Positions 29,692 through 47,660 of a stretch of 64,000 nt of DNA are shown here, one piece after another (position 1 is the first letter of the stretch; every line of letters starts with the position of its first letter). The notes under the pieces were generated by a model. The model was given only the letters and a program-made list of their open reading frames with translations. It did no database searches and was not told the DNA's origin. The stretch covers positions 57,970,001 to 58,034,000 of the forward strand of contig OZ024747.1 in the NCBI GenBank assembly GCA_964016885.1, in the 5' to 3' direction. A program made the translations under genes and the position numbers. Origin of the DNA: Eledone cirrhosa (Eukaryota).

Positions 29692-30690
29692 GAGAAGGAA
29701 AACTCTAAAATAACACCTGCAACCCTGATGGTATCCAATGATGTTGACTTGTTCTTCTTTTTGGGAAATATCATCTTGGTTAAGAGAGTGGGACTGGCTT
29801 TGTGCAGTGCCTTTGCTCACTATAAAATCTTCACGGCACAGGCATTGCTTTATATCTGGAGATCTCTCTGCACTTGTCGTCACATGGTACCATGGGCCCA
29901 GCACTATGTGTCAATAATTGTCACAAGTGTAGTGTTTGTACCAGAGTTTTCAAGTCACTGGCTGGACTAAAAAGTCACACTCGTTCAGCGCATCGGTAGG
30001 GGTTCTCCTACGTGGATATAAAGTAGTGGCCGTACTCGAAAACGAGTTGGCAGCCACCATGTGTGTAATATATGTCAGATCACCAGTTGGTGCTATTGGT
30101 AACATGTATCCCAGTGCAACCTGTCCCATGGTCGAGTCGTTGGCGACTAAACTGGCAACCCCACCAAGGTTTCTTGGTGAGGAGGGTGACTTTGGACATC
30201 CTGCAGGACTAAAAACAAAACCTGTCAAAGGGAAAAGGAGCTCTTAAGAATCAATGGCCATCCAAAATCATCGGGAGAGATGACCCATTAGCCTTTGTCA
30301 AGGCAGAATTCTAGGAGAAGGAAAACTCTGATATAACTCCTGCAACCCTGATGGTATCCAATGATGTTGACTTGTTCTTCTTTTTGGTAAATATCATCTT
30401 GGTTAAGAGAGTGAGACTGGCTTTGTGCAGTGCCTTTGCTCACTATAAAATCTTCACGGCACAGGCATTGCTTTATATCTGCAGATCTCTCTGCACTTGT
30501 CGTCACATGGTACCATGGGCTCATCACTATGTGTCAGCAATTGTCACAAGTGTAGTGTTTGTACCAGAGTTTTCAAGTCGCTGGCTGGACTAAAAAGTCA
30601 CACTCGTTCAGCGCATCGGTAGGGGTTCTCCTACATGGATATAAAGTAATGGCCGTACTCGAAAACGAGTTGGCAGCCACCATGTGTGTA
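29692..30690 (+). repeat. 1.6-unit tandem of a 623-bp non-coding retroelement-like sequence (RTE 5'-UTR/SINE-like) within (TATG)n
   Basis: 29692-30067 repeats at 30315-30690 (offset 623); flanked by TATG microsatellite. Confidence 0.8.
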
Positions 30691-31150
30691 AATATGTATG
30701 TAAGTGTGTAAATATGTATGTATGTATGAGTCTGTGTTTATATGTATGCATGCATGTTTGTATATATGTATGTATGTGTGTGCGTGTGTGTATGCATGTA
30801 TATATGTACGTGTGTGTGTATATGTATGTATGTGTGTATGTATGCACAGGGATGGATGTGTTAAGGCGTTCACTTTACAAGCTCGGTTTCGCTTTTAATG
30901 CTTGGCACCTTGGCCCTGTATTTTCAAGCATTGCCTCTATGGCCAATGCTAATAGGAAAGTGCGCTGAATCTCATTAAACATGTACGCACGTACGCATGT
31001 ATGTATGTATGTATGTATGTATGTATGTATGTATGTATGTATGTATGTATGTATGTATGTATGTATGTATGTATTATGTATCCATGTATGTATGCATGTA
31101 TGTATGCATGTATATATGCATGTATGTATGCATGCGTGTATGCATGCATG

Positions 31151-31219
<69 letters not shown>

Positions 31220-33315
31220 ATGTATGCTTGCTCTTGAATCAGCTTAACAACCGGAGCTGTTCGCTTATGTTTGATAATTGCACAGTTCGAAAAAAAGTTA
31301 TTGATTAAATGGGTACCATATTTAAAATAATAAGTATTAGAGTGGGTATGGTCAACTGAAACATTAAATGCACTATCCCAGCATGTCCGCCGTTCAATGA
31401 TAGAAACAAGTAATACGTAAAAGAATACTTTTCATTACTCTTTTACTCTTTTACCTGTTCCAGCCACCCGGCTGAGGTGAGGATGAGGTACCACCCTTCA
31501 TTGTCTAATATTGTTACAAATTTTCTCTCTTCCTTCAAACATGAATTTCTTGTTGGTTTCACATAATGTTTTGTATCTTGCATTTAATGACAATATCCAA
31601 AACCAAGCCTTAAACATTACCTTATCATGGTAGAAACACGGGGAATGTCCTACAGAGAGATATTGCGCAATAGAGGAATGAGGGTACATTTACGAGGTAG
31701 ACGAGATCCCAGATTTTATCAGCTACATTATTTTATCAACCTCCATAGGATGAGAAGCAAAGCTGACCACAGCACGATCTGAATGCATAGTAATGAGAGC
31801 CTTAATAGGTACTGCAAATCATTATATCTGTCGTTCTAAAGACTATGTTATTTCATCGCCGAACAAAAGATATATCATCACATCGTTATTGGGCAATAAT
31901 TGCCCATTGAGTCGAAGGGGTACATTTGCGACCTACGGCATCGGTATTTAAACTTGGCAGTGCCTATCTATCTCCTCGTCCGAAACTAGCTTATTACTTC
32001 CAGAAATAATTTTACTTCATTGTATACTATAAACTCTAGAATGAATTATTGCATGGTTTCTTGCAATTGATATTGATACAATTGTTTATTAATGTCATTA
32101 TTAGAAGACCTAAAGCTACCAAATTATTGTGCTATTTCTAATTAATATTTAATATACATATTGGAGTTGTGATATTGTTTTCTATAGTATATTGTGACAG
32201 TATAATAAGTGTTTAAATGTTTAAAACATGATTTAATAACTATTTACGAAATGAAATGTGACAAAATCATTTTTCTTGGTGTCTTGGATTGTTTACCTGA
32301 TTCTGAATCGTTTCATACTACTGACTCCGAAAACACCATTCGTTTTGTTTCAGTTGCTCCCGTTATTGAAATATCGCATGGCATTACAGCATGGTATTAT
32401 GGCATGGTTGCTCCTAAATTCAAATTCATCTGTAGAATTAAAACTGCAGAAATGATATTTTCTGATATTTCGCTTATATTGTTGCTGTTATGTGTATTTG
32501 CATGTACATTATATGAATTATTTTCTCTTAAACGTATGACGTACACTCAATCTTTCAGATTTCACTTTGTTTTATTTGCGGAAATTACCTGTTCACTGAA
32601 CAGAGAAACTCTATCGGTAATGTTTTGAAAAGAACAGGATTTGCTGAGAGGACCAAGATAAGCTGTGGGCTTGTCACCTCATGTATGAAACGTGTATAGA
32701 TCAACTGTGGCAAAATATAATACGAACAGAAGGATGAGGGTGTCAGAAAATTGGTATACCAATAGACTGGAGAAAACAAAGAAAACAAAATAATGGCTTG
32801 TTTTTGTTTCATGAATACAACATATAAATATTCATTACATGTTTTCACAAACAAGGCATTTGCCATTAAATAAAAAAGAAAACTCTATTGTAGAAATACA
32901 AATTAATATTTAATGCAATATATAGCTCTATGTAATCTTGTATTTCACTGATAAGCCCTATAATATACATCTTTGAAAACATAGAACCATGGGGTTTGAA
33001 GGGAAAGTGAGAATTGTATTACGAATGACAAGTTGTTGCTTTAACATTTCTGTATTATTAAAGTTGCCAGTGATAGACAGATGTATTGCACAGACTGAAT
33101 CTTACATTGGTGTTCACAGCAACAATCGGCTTGTATTAATATCTTGAAATGGATACAGGATTAAAGGCTAATGACTATACATCTATGCTTAGACACACAC
33201 ACACACAAACACACATACCCACACACACAACCCCCCCCCCCACACACATACACACACATATATATATATATATATATGGGGAAAAGAAACTTAAAATGCA
33301 AATGGAGACTATTTA

Positions 33316-33357
33316 TTACTTTACCGGTTTCACAGTTCTTGTGATTTTCAAAAGTAA
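33316..33357 (-). ncRNA. Type I hammerhead ribozyme with U3:A8 core
   Basis: Minus strand: ttactt TTGAAAA tcac-aagaa-ctgt GAAA CCGG TA aagtaa. Stem I covaries relative to 18654 (ttactt/aagtaa vs cctt/aagg). Confidence 0.75.
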
Positions 33358-33473
33358 CATTGAGATGGAGGGTTTCGTTTTCTGTTGTGGTTTGTCACGA
33401 GAGAAGGAAATAAAATAATAATAAAATAAGAATAAAAATAAAAATAAATAAATGAATAATGTATATATATATT

Positions 33474-33596
<123 letters not shown>

Positions 33597-33683
33597 CGAA
33601 GGAGTTGTCGTAAGGAACGAGATGGACCATGACGCACCAAAGTACTTAATACTTAGGGTAGTAGAGTGGGTAATAGGAGAACG

Positions 33684-33790
33684 TATACCCCCGACGGCTA
33701 AGCTCAAGCCGTTTCGACGGCTATTTCTGGACTAAAGTAAGTATTTTTTTTAGTCTGGTAAATAAATAGCCGAACTTTTCAAGGGGTACT
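33684..33790 (-). ncRNA. Type I HHR, U3:A8 core, extended stem II
   Basis: Minus strand: gtacccc TTGAAAA Gttcggctat...cagactaaa..tttagtccag..atagccgtC GAAA CGGCT-tgagctt-AGCCG TC gggggtat. Confidence 0.75.
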
Positions 33791-34310
33791 TCCTTATATG
33801 GGAAGATTGTAGTTGTCAAGAGGATTGGTCAAAATGTGTAGCAGACAAAGAAAAGTCTATCATGGCATTGGGTGCGAGGTGGGGATGGCTGAACGTGCCT
33901 GTAGAACGATAGAGGAGTGGGTATAGCCGGTCAAGCGTAGAAGGTGAAATCCACACGGAAAAATCTAAGGAATGTGTATGAAAGTAGGCCAGTGGAGGTT
34001 GACGAAAAAAAGGTTTCTTTAGAAAATGGAGGAGGGACGTTATAGCAATAGTAAATCAAATGCGATTAGGGGACAATGAAAAAATAAAATAAAAGAGAGT
34101 ATAATAAAAATGAGAGAAGGATTTATCAGAATGTAAGATTGGAAAGTTAGATTTCACCTTCTACGCTTGACCGGCCTGCCCACTCCCCTATCGTTCTACA
34201 GGCAAGTTCAGCTATCCCAACCCCGCACCCACTGCCATGATAGACTTTTCTGTGTGTGCTTCAAATTTTGACCAATGCTCTTGACAACTACAATCTTCCT
34301 ATATAAGGAA

Positions 34311-34416
34311 GTACCCCTTGAAAAGTTCGGCTATATATTCACCAGACTAAAAGAACTCTTACTTTAGTCCAGAAATAGCCTTCGAAACGGCTTGATCTCT
34401 GCCGTCGGGGTCATAC
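34311..34416 (+). ncRNA. Type I HHR, U3:A8 core, extended stem II
   Basis: gtacccc TTGAAAA (34318-24) G..ggctat...atagcc..C GAAA (34384-87) cggc..gccg TC ggggt; GUC triplet at 34404-06. Confidence 0.75.
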
Positions 34417-34421
34417 TTTCT

Positions 34422-34462
<41 letters not shown>

Positions 34463-34722
34463 CAGGAAATGTCAATTTTTGAGGGACATCGTATATATAT
34501 ATACAACATTAATAAATGGAAACTATATTTATAAACCATATTTATTTCATTATATATATTTCAAGGATACCAAGTTAAATATATATAATGAAATAAATAT
34601 GGTTTATAAATATAGTTTCCATTTATTAATATTGTATATCTACTCCAAATATTTGTCGAGTGCTTTATATCAGTTATAATAATATTTGCTTGTTGTATCC
34701 CAACAATTTCAATTAGAACTTT

Positions 34723-34762
<40 letters not shown>

Positions 34763-34773
34763 TGCAAAAGTTC

Positions 34774-35061
34774 TAGAGCAACGTGAAATAAAGTGTCTTG
34801 CTCAAGGACATAACGCATCGCCCGGTCTAGGAATCGAACTCACAACCTCACGATTGCGAATCCAGTTCTCTAACCACTCAGCCACACGCCTTCATATATA
34901 TATAGGCGTGTGGCTGTGTGGTTAGAGAACTAGATTCGCAATCGTGAGGTTGTGAGTTCGATTCCTAGACCGGGCGATGCGTTATGTCCTTGAGCAAGAC
35001 ACTTTATTTCACGTTGCTCTATCTACCTGGAATTGCGACCGACAGATAGTATTAGCAATTA
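34774..35061. mobile_element. Head-to-head fold-back of SINE family B around a short TA tract
   Basis: 34774-34890 is a near-perfect reverse complement of 34905-35021. Confidence 0.85.
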
Positions 35062-35222
35062 TTTTTCTTTCTCTATAACCCAACGGCTTATTTTAAAAAT
35101 AAAAATATCCAATACTAATAATAATATAAGTAAACAACTCCACTATCCGGGAGCTTCCAACAGTAATGGTTGCATTTTTTTAAGGGTAGGTCAATATTTA
35201 TTCATAAAACTGATCTATATTA

Positions 35223-35287
35223 TATTTTGTCTGATGAAAGCACACCATAATTTAACTTGGTGTCCTTGAAATATGTATAATGAAATA
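35223..35287 (+). ncRNA. Type I hammerhead ribozyme (family E)
   Basis: tattttgt CTGATGA aagcacacca-taatttaact-tggtgtcctt GAAA tatgta TA atgaaata; AUA triplet. Related fragments at 34505-34727 and 35472-35562. Confidence 0.75.
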
Positions 35288-35414
35288 AATATGGTTTTAT
35301 AAATATAGTTTCCATTTGTTAATATCGTATATTTACTCCAAATACTTGTTGAGTACTTTATATCAGTTATAAAAATATTTGCTTGTTGTATCTCAACAAT
35401 TTAAATAGAACTTT

Positions 35415-35458
<44 letters not shown>

Positions 35459-35561
35459 AACGTTCTATTTAAAAGCACACCATAATTTAACTTGGTATCC
35501 TTGAAATATGTATAATGAAATAAATATGGTTTTATAAATATAGTTTCCATTTGTTAATATC

Positions 35562-35598
<37 letters not shown>

Positions 35599-35699
35599 TA
35601 TATAAATATACACATATGGATTTACGAAGCTAACCGAATGATATATATATTAATATTTGAATATGTCTGTGTATATATATAAATATATATATGTATATA

Positions 35700-35795
<96 letters not shown>

Positions 35796-35910
35796 AATAT
35801 CTATATATATATGTTTATTTATATAAATATATGTATATATATATATATATATAGCGTTAAGAGTGAAAGCAGCGATTCTTTGCTTAAACTTTAATCTGTT
35901 ATTTTAATAA

Positions 35911-35974
<64 letters not shown>

Positions 35975-35976
<2 letters not shown>

Positions 35977-36162
35977 CGAAGGAAATGTGGTACGGAACCA
36001 GATGGACCATAAGGCACCAAAGTACTCAATACTTAGGGTAGTAGAGTGGGTAATAGGAACGAGTAGGACTCCGACGGCTGAGCTCAAGCCGTTTCGACGG
36101 CTAGTCCAGAATTAGCCGTCGAAACGGCTTGAGCTCAGTTGTCGCGGTCCTACTCGTTCCTA
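35975..36162. mobile_element. Family D pLTR end with a terminal fold-back
   Basis: taacgaaggaaatgtggta... then a hairpin (36055-36162) turning in HHR stem II; TA-flanked. Confidence 0.8.
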
Positions 36163-36638
36163 TATATATATATATATATATATGTGGTGGGTGGATGCGT
36201 GTGTAATAATATGCTTATGTAATTTTGAAAACGATGATTCAGCAATTTCCACATTAACATATACATAGATATTTCAAATATAGAGAAAAAAATAATCTTA
36301 AGCTACACAACAAACATTTAACTTTACCAAATTCATGTGTTCGATATGATAAACATTATGCATTTCTGTACTTACCATGAATATAACAAAATTACATTAT
36401 ACTAGGAATGCCGGAAGCTACATCGAATTTCAATCGTCTTAAATATAGATGCGTATTGCAGGAGAGAAGCCGTTCCTTATTTTGTGTTTATATTATGCTC
36501 TTGGAAAGATTCTTCAAAATAGCAAACGTTTCATTTCCATTTTATATATTACATTCATTAAATTGCTATTATCAAAAGTAGTTCGTATGTGCCTTTATAT
36601 ATACTACCGTATGCATGACGTTATATATATATATATGT

Positions 36639-36696
<58 letters not shown>

Positions 36697-36932
36697 AAAT
36701 ATATATATATATAAGAATATAAGAGAGAGATAGAGAAAGAGAGAGTTAGGGAGTGTGAGAAATTGTGTGTGAGTGTGTTGGTATGTGTGTGGGCATATGC
36801 TTGTGTGCTTAACCCTTTTCCTGTATTCGCCCAAATGTTATATTCATTAATATGTTGCAAGCCACGTGGGACTCTCTCTTTTCAATGTATATACATATAT
36901 ATATATATATTTATATATATATATATATATAT

Positions 36933-37063
36933 ACGTAGGTCCCGGGTTGAGTCGGGGATAACCACAGTTAGTAAGGTACTCAATACATGGCAGAGTAACA
37001 TTTTTTTATTTTATAGAAGGAGCTTCTACAGGACTCTTGTAGTCCTGTAGAAGCTCCTTCTAT

Positions 37064-37129
<66 letters not shown>

Positions 37130-37328
37130 AAAATGTTTCACCTCGACGGCAGAGCTCAAGCCGTTTCGACGGCTATTTCTGGACCCTAGCCCAGAAATAG
37201 CTGTCGAAACGGCCTGAGCTCTGCCGTCGGTGTTAAACATTTTCCTACTACCCACTCTACTACCCTAAGTATTGATTACTCTGGTGCGTTATGGTCCATC
37301 TGGTTCCTTACCACACCTCCTTCGTTAT
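36933..37328. mobile_element. Two fold-back pLTR fragments (family F 36933-37068; family D 37127-37328) in (TA)n
   Basis: ttttatagaaggagcttctacaggact/agtcctgtagaagctccttctataaaa hairpin, homologous to 61370-61500. Second hairpin taggaaaatgttt...aaacattttccta. Confidence 0.8.
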
Positions 37329-37351
37329 ATATATATACATATATATGTTTA

Positions 37352-37403
<52 letters not shown>

Positions 37404-37699
37404 GTTTGTCTATTTGTGTGTGTATGCGTGCATATGTATGGAGTGTGTGTACGTAAAAGTTTATATAATCTTCGTGTAAATCAATGCTTTCCTTCGTCTG
37501 GTTAGGGCTACGGAAACAACACCGTTTATGAACCATTCAACCTCCTCCTATTTACACCAAATTTTTGACTATTGCAATAGTCTAATCAATGCTTCTTCTG
37601 TCCCCAAGGAAGTTCAGCAATGCTTTATACATATATATTGCTTCAAACGGGCCACGTAAAATGATATGTTGCTGTCCGCTACTACGTCTCCGTCATGAT

Positions 37700-38230
37700 A
37701 TTTGCAAATTCACTTCACAAACAGCTCTGCACCAAACAGGTGCTACTCAGGGCTAGCGTCATTTGGCGAGCTCGTCACACAAGAAAGCATTGGACATGTG
37801 GCCATCATCAACGTGATAGTTATGACCAAGCGAGTGCAGTCGTCATTGTACGAGATGGAAATGGAATGCTAAATATCGAAGGCAAATTCGGTACATATTG
37901 ATGAGAGTTAGTCTCTTCATTTAGATATCTTGTTATTAATACTCCTAATCACCCTTATCGTCCTTAGAGTAATTTTCCTCACTATAATATTGGTTGCTCA
38001 GCAGGAAATGAAAGAGCCCATGTCCACTTTCGCTCCGACTCATATGTTGGATAAGAAAAGAATGTATCCACAACCAAAATTTGACCTGAATATCTGACAC
38101 GGAGAGGACTCAGTTGAAGGAACCCAATATCTAGGTCAGGTAATCTGTTTACCAGATTAAGGTTATTACTGAAGTAGGGCACAGCAGGATCTGAACAACT
38201 AACACTAATACCGCACTGCATTTTGCCTTA
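37700..38230 (-). pseudogene. Possible decayed Mab-21/cGAS-like nucleotidyltransferase fragment
   Basis: Motifs in the expected order, with stops and frameshifts: ISVSCSDPAVP (cf. DLVPA), ILVV, WALSFPAEQPIL (cf. WRLSFS.AE..L), LRTIRVI, *RLHSLG, PE*HLF (cf. P..NLF). Confidence 0.4.
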
Positions 38231-39095
38231 CTCTCCAACGATTCTGCGAGTATGCACAAGCTGTTTCTTTAAAACTTTTATTATATCATATATATTTAGA
38301 ATATTTGTAGGAAAATATATCAATTGTTGTTAGTTATTGTATTGCTAAGTAGGGAGACTTCACAGAAACATTATCTTAGAGTGTCATTTTCAACTATAGA
38401 TTAATTTATTGCATTGTCGATGTTTCCCCTCTTTCAAAATTCTGTAGCATTTCTCATATTTGCGGTACTATTTCTATATTCACTCTAACCTAAAAGAGAA
38501 ACATGGTTGACATTAAGATATATTTCTGCTGGGCATTATACTCCATTTATAAACAAGAATATGCCATAAGCATTAAACAGATTACCATGTCGTAGTAAAG
38601 AGAAAGATATAGTAACAGAACAATGCATCAGAAATGGCAGAATAACTAACATGCGCACTTAACGGAGCATTTACGTAGTCACAGAAATTGCCAGAAAGAG
38701 CAACGGGACATCTTTGAAATCATAACTTAGCCTTTAATATTTTAGATATTGATATCATTACGCTGTATACACTATAGCAGTAGAAAAAGAGCATAGAATG
38801 GCCGATTTCTAAAACCTTTCGTTACTGGACTGCAATTAGAAGATCTATCCTTATTCAATGTTGCTACACTGATCTTCCTTGTTAATTATGTTAACTTTAT
38901 AGTGACAGTGGAATTCTCACACAATAATACAATGTGATACCAGCCTCACCAGCTGGAATGGCATCTCTAACGCGTCTCCCTCACAATCCTCCGGTGAAAA
39001 AAATACATATTTCATATAATTTAGCATGCATCATTTAAGCATAGTGCAAAATAATTTCCGGAAGATTCTTTACGTTCATTACGTTAGTATAACGT

Positions 39096-39287
39096 GGGTG
39101 GTGGATGGTCAGTAATCGGTAGAGTGTCCGACAACATGATTTGCGGCATATGGTTACTGCCTTTTAAGTTTTGAGTTCAAATCCCGCCGAGATTAGGTTT
39201 GCCTTTCATCTTTACGAGGTCGATAAAATAATGTACCAGTAATATACTGGGATAATTGCTGCTCTTGTGCTAAAGTAGAAACAATTA
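39096..39287 (+). mobile_element. SINE family A
   Basis: Same head, body and tail as 25005-25188. Confidence 0.8.
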
Positions 39288-39843
39288 TTACTACGATTGT
39301 TGTTCTGAAGTTGCTTCCTCTACGAATATCCTCAACCGGTATCTCTAACATCGTATTATCGTAATTGAGACCTGATATTTAGGTACGCAATCTATTCAAA
39401 TTTAAAATCTATTCTCAAAACATCATCTCTAAACGAACATAAACCCAAATTACATCCCTGTTGAGTTCAAATCCCGCCGAGATCAACTTTGTATTTGATC
39501 GTTCCAATGAGAGTAAATAAAAACACTCGTAAAAAAATGAATTTTCCGATGCCACCATCATTGTTTGTGCCTATGGTAGAAGCAAGTAATATTCAGTAAT
39601 CATATTCGCATGTTAGGCTTTTACAACTTCACAATTCTGTGTTTTGTGTCAGGATCATCCAGATTGTTTGTTTCATTTTATGCGGTATATGTGCTGTGAA
39701 TAACAAAGCTAATTTCTGTATGTTGTGCATGTTTAAAGACTAGAAGTGTGTACGTCTACATACATTTTAGTAATTCTCAAGTTACGTATTATTATAGGAA
39801 TAGTTTCAGGTTTCATTTCTAAATATTCTGCCGAGATCTATTT

Positions 39844-39919
<76 letters not shown>

Positions 39920-40074
39920 CATTAATTCTATATTCATACAATGCACGACATTAAACCAGTCACAAACATATATATTCATAAATATATTCAAACACATACA
40001 TACACACATAGAAACATACATATATGAATATACATATATATAATATAATTATATAATTTGTAATACATAATACG

Positions 40075-40244
<170 letters not shown>

Positions 40245-40615
40245 TATATATATATGCATGTATGTAACTATATGCACGTATATATACATATTCGGATATA
40301 TTGTAGCTTTATATAAAGTAAGATATCAATTTACAAATGCATTTCATTAATTGCCTGTCCAATCTGACAAGTTTGAAATATTTAGTAAAATGGAAGTTGT
40401 AGGAGGGACTTGGCGTAAGACATACGATGCAGATGAACCAACTATGGAATTGAAATTGGAGTATGAAAATGGATATTGGTAATATTATGATGAAGAACAG
40501 TATAATGGTCAGAAAGATGTTGATAATGTAACAGAGTCATTGTTTATATGTAACAATAAACAGAATAACGGTAGCGAGAATATTGATAAGAAATGTTATT
40601 ATTATTGTTGTTAAA

Positions 40616-41040
40616 GGGCGGTGGATTGGCAGTATCGGTAGAGAGTCGGACGCCATGCTTTCCAGCATAGTTACGTCCCTTTACGATCTGAGTTCAAATC
40701 CCGCCGAGGTTGACTTTGCATGTCATCCTTACGGGGTCGATAACATAAAGTACCAGTAATGCACTGGACAATTGCTGGTCTTGTGCCTAAAGTAGAAACA
40801 ATTATTGTTGTTATTATAAAATAGGTTTGTACGGCGGTGGATTGGCGATATCGGTAGATACAACATGCTTCGTGACATAGTGGTACGGCTCTTTACGTTA
40901 TGAGTTAGCTTTGCCCTTCATCCTCAGGTTTTGAGTTCAAATCCCGCCGAGATTTGCTTTGAATTTCATCCTTCCGGGATTGTTAATATAAATTACCAGT
41001 AACCCGCTGGAGTCTATTTAATCAACTTCCTACAATCTAA
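40616..41040 (+). mobile_element. Two adjacent SINE family A copies (40616-40804; 40832-41040 with an internal duplication)
   Basis: Two ggcggtggattggc heads with B boxes gagttcaaatcccgccgag. Confidence 0.8.
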
Positions 41041-42469
41041 AATTACATAGGTTTGTAATAAAATCTAACGGAAGAAATCACTATAACATAGGTTTGGGAA
41101 TATCATTTATATTGAAGAAATACTTATCATTCGATGAATTATCATTGCATTCTCGAAATACGATGGCTGTCCAACAGTGTGTAAATTAAGTCAGTCTAGT
41201 CCCAACGGTAGACTCGGCCCTTTCAATATGAGTTCCACCGGTGGAACTAGCCTTGGTATGACTGAGATTTTGTTGGAGACAATACCTCTTTACTATATGT
41301 TTGAATCGATATAGAACAAATGCGAAAAAGCAAAGCTTGAGAGGGAAATTTATATAAACAATGAATTTTTCAATACGCTGACCCGTGTGTATACATGTGT
41401 GTGCGTGTGCATATGCATATATTTATATTGTTATACTTGGTGAGAGTAGCAAAACAAATTCAAATATTTATATGTATGAGTATATAAATATAAACGTGAA
41501 AACTGGAACGCCAGTCGTTGTTTCGCTATAGTTTGTTCGCCATCCCATTCCATCCCTTTACACATTTACACATTCACACAAACACACATATGGTTTGACG
41601 GACTGACGAAAGTCATTCAAATTTATATATAGATCGCCTTATGCATTGCATTGCATTATTTTTCTTCCAAAATATATATTGCCCATTTCTCAATAGATGT
41701 AAGCTTAGAACACACTAGATATCTCAGACAGGAATAATTTTAGTTGGCAATTATGGAACTAAAACAAGGACGCCATTAAATCTTCTGATATATGTTTAAT
41801 GAACATCGTTTACGGTTGGAGAAATATTTAACCCTGGTATGACTAATCATATTTGGCACAAGACTGAACATAATCGAGCATCATGGAATTAAATTTCCAT
41901 AATTCGTAGGGGACTTCAGTGAAATTCTAGAAATATCCTGAAGGTGCGCATGTAGAGCTTTCTGAAACCCCATAACAATAAGATCTGACACGGAGCTGGT
42001 GAAAAAACATTGTTGAAGCGTAAATAGAAATTATAAACTTAATAAACGGAGTTGTTTAATCGTCGAAAAAGAAAACTGCTTAAATTAATCAATACAAAAC
42101 ATAAAAAAGGTAATTAATCGTTGAAAAATAATCAAAAACAGGAATTTTATTTTCTTAAAACCCTAATAGCTTTTCTCAGAAACATAGACCATATACCCGA
42201 AGCCAAGATGATAATCAATGCATTAAAAAAGCAATATATATCGGGTAGATTCAAAGTTTGAAAACATACAGAAACATACAGACAAATATGAATTCAATTG
42301 AAAGAAAGATCAGTTGATAGGAAAAATAATTCAAAGAATTTGCGAGGGAAGGGAACAGAGGGAAACACTCTTTCGCAATATGATAGAAAAACAGAGACAT
42401 AGCTTTATACAATTTTTAAATGATGTTTTCAAAAAGAAAATATATTAATACTGTTAAAATCAGTCATAC

Positions 42470-42768
<299 letters not shown>

Positions 42769-43999
42769 AAAACGTAAGATAATGAATCATTAAATATAAA
42801 GCGATGTGTATGTGTATGAATTTTGCGAATATATATATATATGTATGAATATACAACGAATATATATATGTATAAACATTATTTGTAATCCTGCGTTTCT
42901 TTATGAATATTTAAATTTGATGGAAATTATTCTATCGACTGAATCTAGTTCATAAGAGGTTTTTTTAATGATAAAATATTACGCCATAAAATTAAAATGT
43001 GTTAATTTGTTGACGTTAATGAATGCTACAAATTACTGAAATTCTTTTGAGCGTTTATTAAGTTTACACCAATTACCATATTCAATATAGGCGATAATGT
43101 ATTACATAATTTTAAGGCTGACGTATCCTTTGAAGAAGTATATGCAATACGTATTTGTTGATCTATCTATCATGGTTTCATCAACCGGGGTTTAAATTTT
43201 CAAAGGATTTTATTTGCCAATAGTGTTGTAGTTTTGGTGGTGTGTGGATACATATACTTATCGACGCACACATATATATGTATATATATATGTGTGTATT
43301 GGTGTGTGTGTGTGTGTGTGTGTTTATATCTATCTCAATATATATGTATAGATATGTATGTATGTAAATATTTAAATATATTTACATACACACGAAGACA
43401 AATACAGACACATACATACACACACACACACATACAGACACATATATATAAATATTTATAGAGGGGGTGAGAGAGAAGATTGTGGGAGAGAGGTATATCT
43501 TAAAAAGAAATAAGAAAATTGGTTAATTCTATTTTATTCGTAATACATATATCATTTGCACGAAAGAGAAAACATGAAACAGTGCGAAATACTTATACGT
43601 GATAGGCAGATCATTCGAAACGTAATTTAAAACTTGTTATAACTACGAATTCCAGAATGTTAGTTACGAATTAAATTTCTTATTCATAGCCTAATTATAT
43701 TACGTTGGAATTTCGGAATGTTATATCAAGTATTATTCTCATGACACACTTGATGTCATTAGATTCAGGTTTCAGATATAAGGTTTTATACATAATACAG
43801 ATTCATATCAGAGCAATTGTGATTTAACAAAAAAGAATAATCATTATTTATCTAATAAATGTTTACTTTTATTTCGATGGGATTGAGGGAATTGTATCTA
43901 TACAGCAATTAATTTTGAACACGTTAGGTTTAAACTCTCCCCCTCCCTTGTCTCATTCTCTCTCTCTCTCTCTCTCTCTCGCTCTCTCTCTCTCGCTCC

Positions 44000-44033
<34 letters not shown>

Positions 44034-44232
44034 TCCTATATATATATATATAAGATAAAGAGGAAGAAAGATCCGCTTCGATCACAGATGACCATGGGAT
44101 TTGCACGTACAAAGTTTTGCCCCCGGTCAAGTTTATTTTTAGGAGATCAGGAGTCAGCCATTCGTACCAGTCTCCTTTCTCCACACCACCGATGTTGTTC
44201 TAGGGAAAGGCAAATGCTTTCAATGGCCCCGG

Positions 44233-44315
<83 letters not shown>

Positions 44316-44318
<3 letters not shown>

Positions 44319-44454
44319 CGAAGGTAGTGTGGTAAGGAACCAGGTGGACCATAATGCACCAGAGTGAGTACGCAATACTTAAGGTAGAAGGAAAATGTTC
44401 AAGACCCCGACGGCAGAGCTCAAGCCGTTTCGACGTCTATTTCTGGGGGCCCAC
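44316..44454 (-). mobile_element. Family D pLTR end (3' half of HHR), inverted upstream of the Penelope ORF
   Basis: Homologous to 33595-33730 and 35975-36102; abuts (TA)n. Confidence 0.8.

Positions 44455-47660
<3,206 letters not shown>

Noticed and set aside
30075-30195. Twister or HDV ribozyme fold
   Set aside because: Only partial motif resemblance; a full pseudoknot could not be built by hand.
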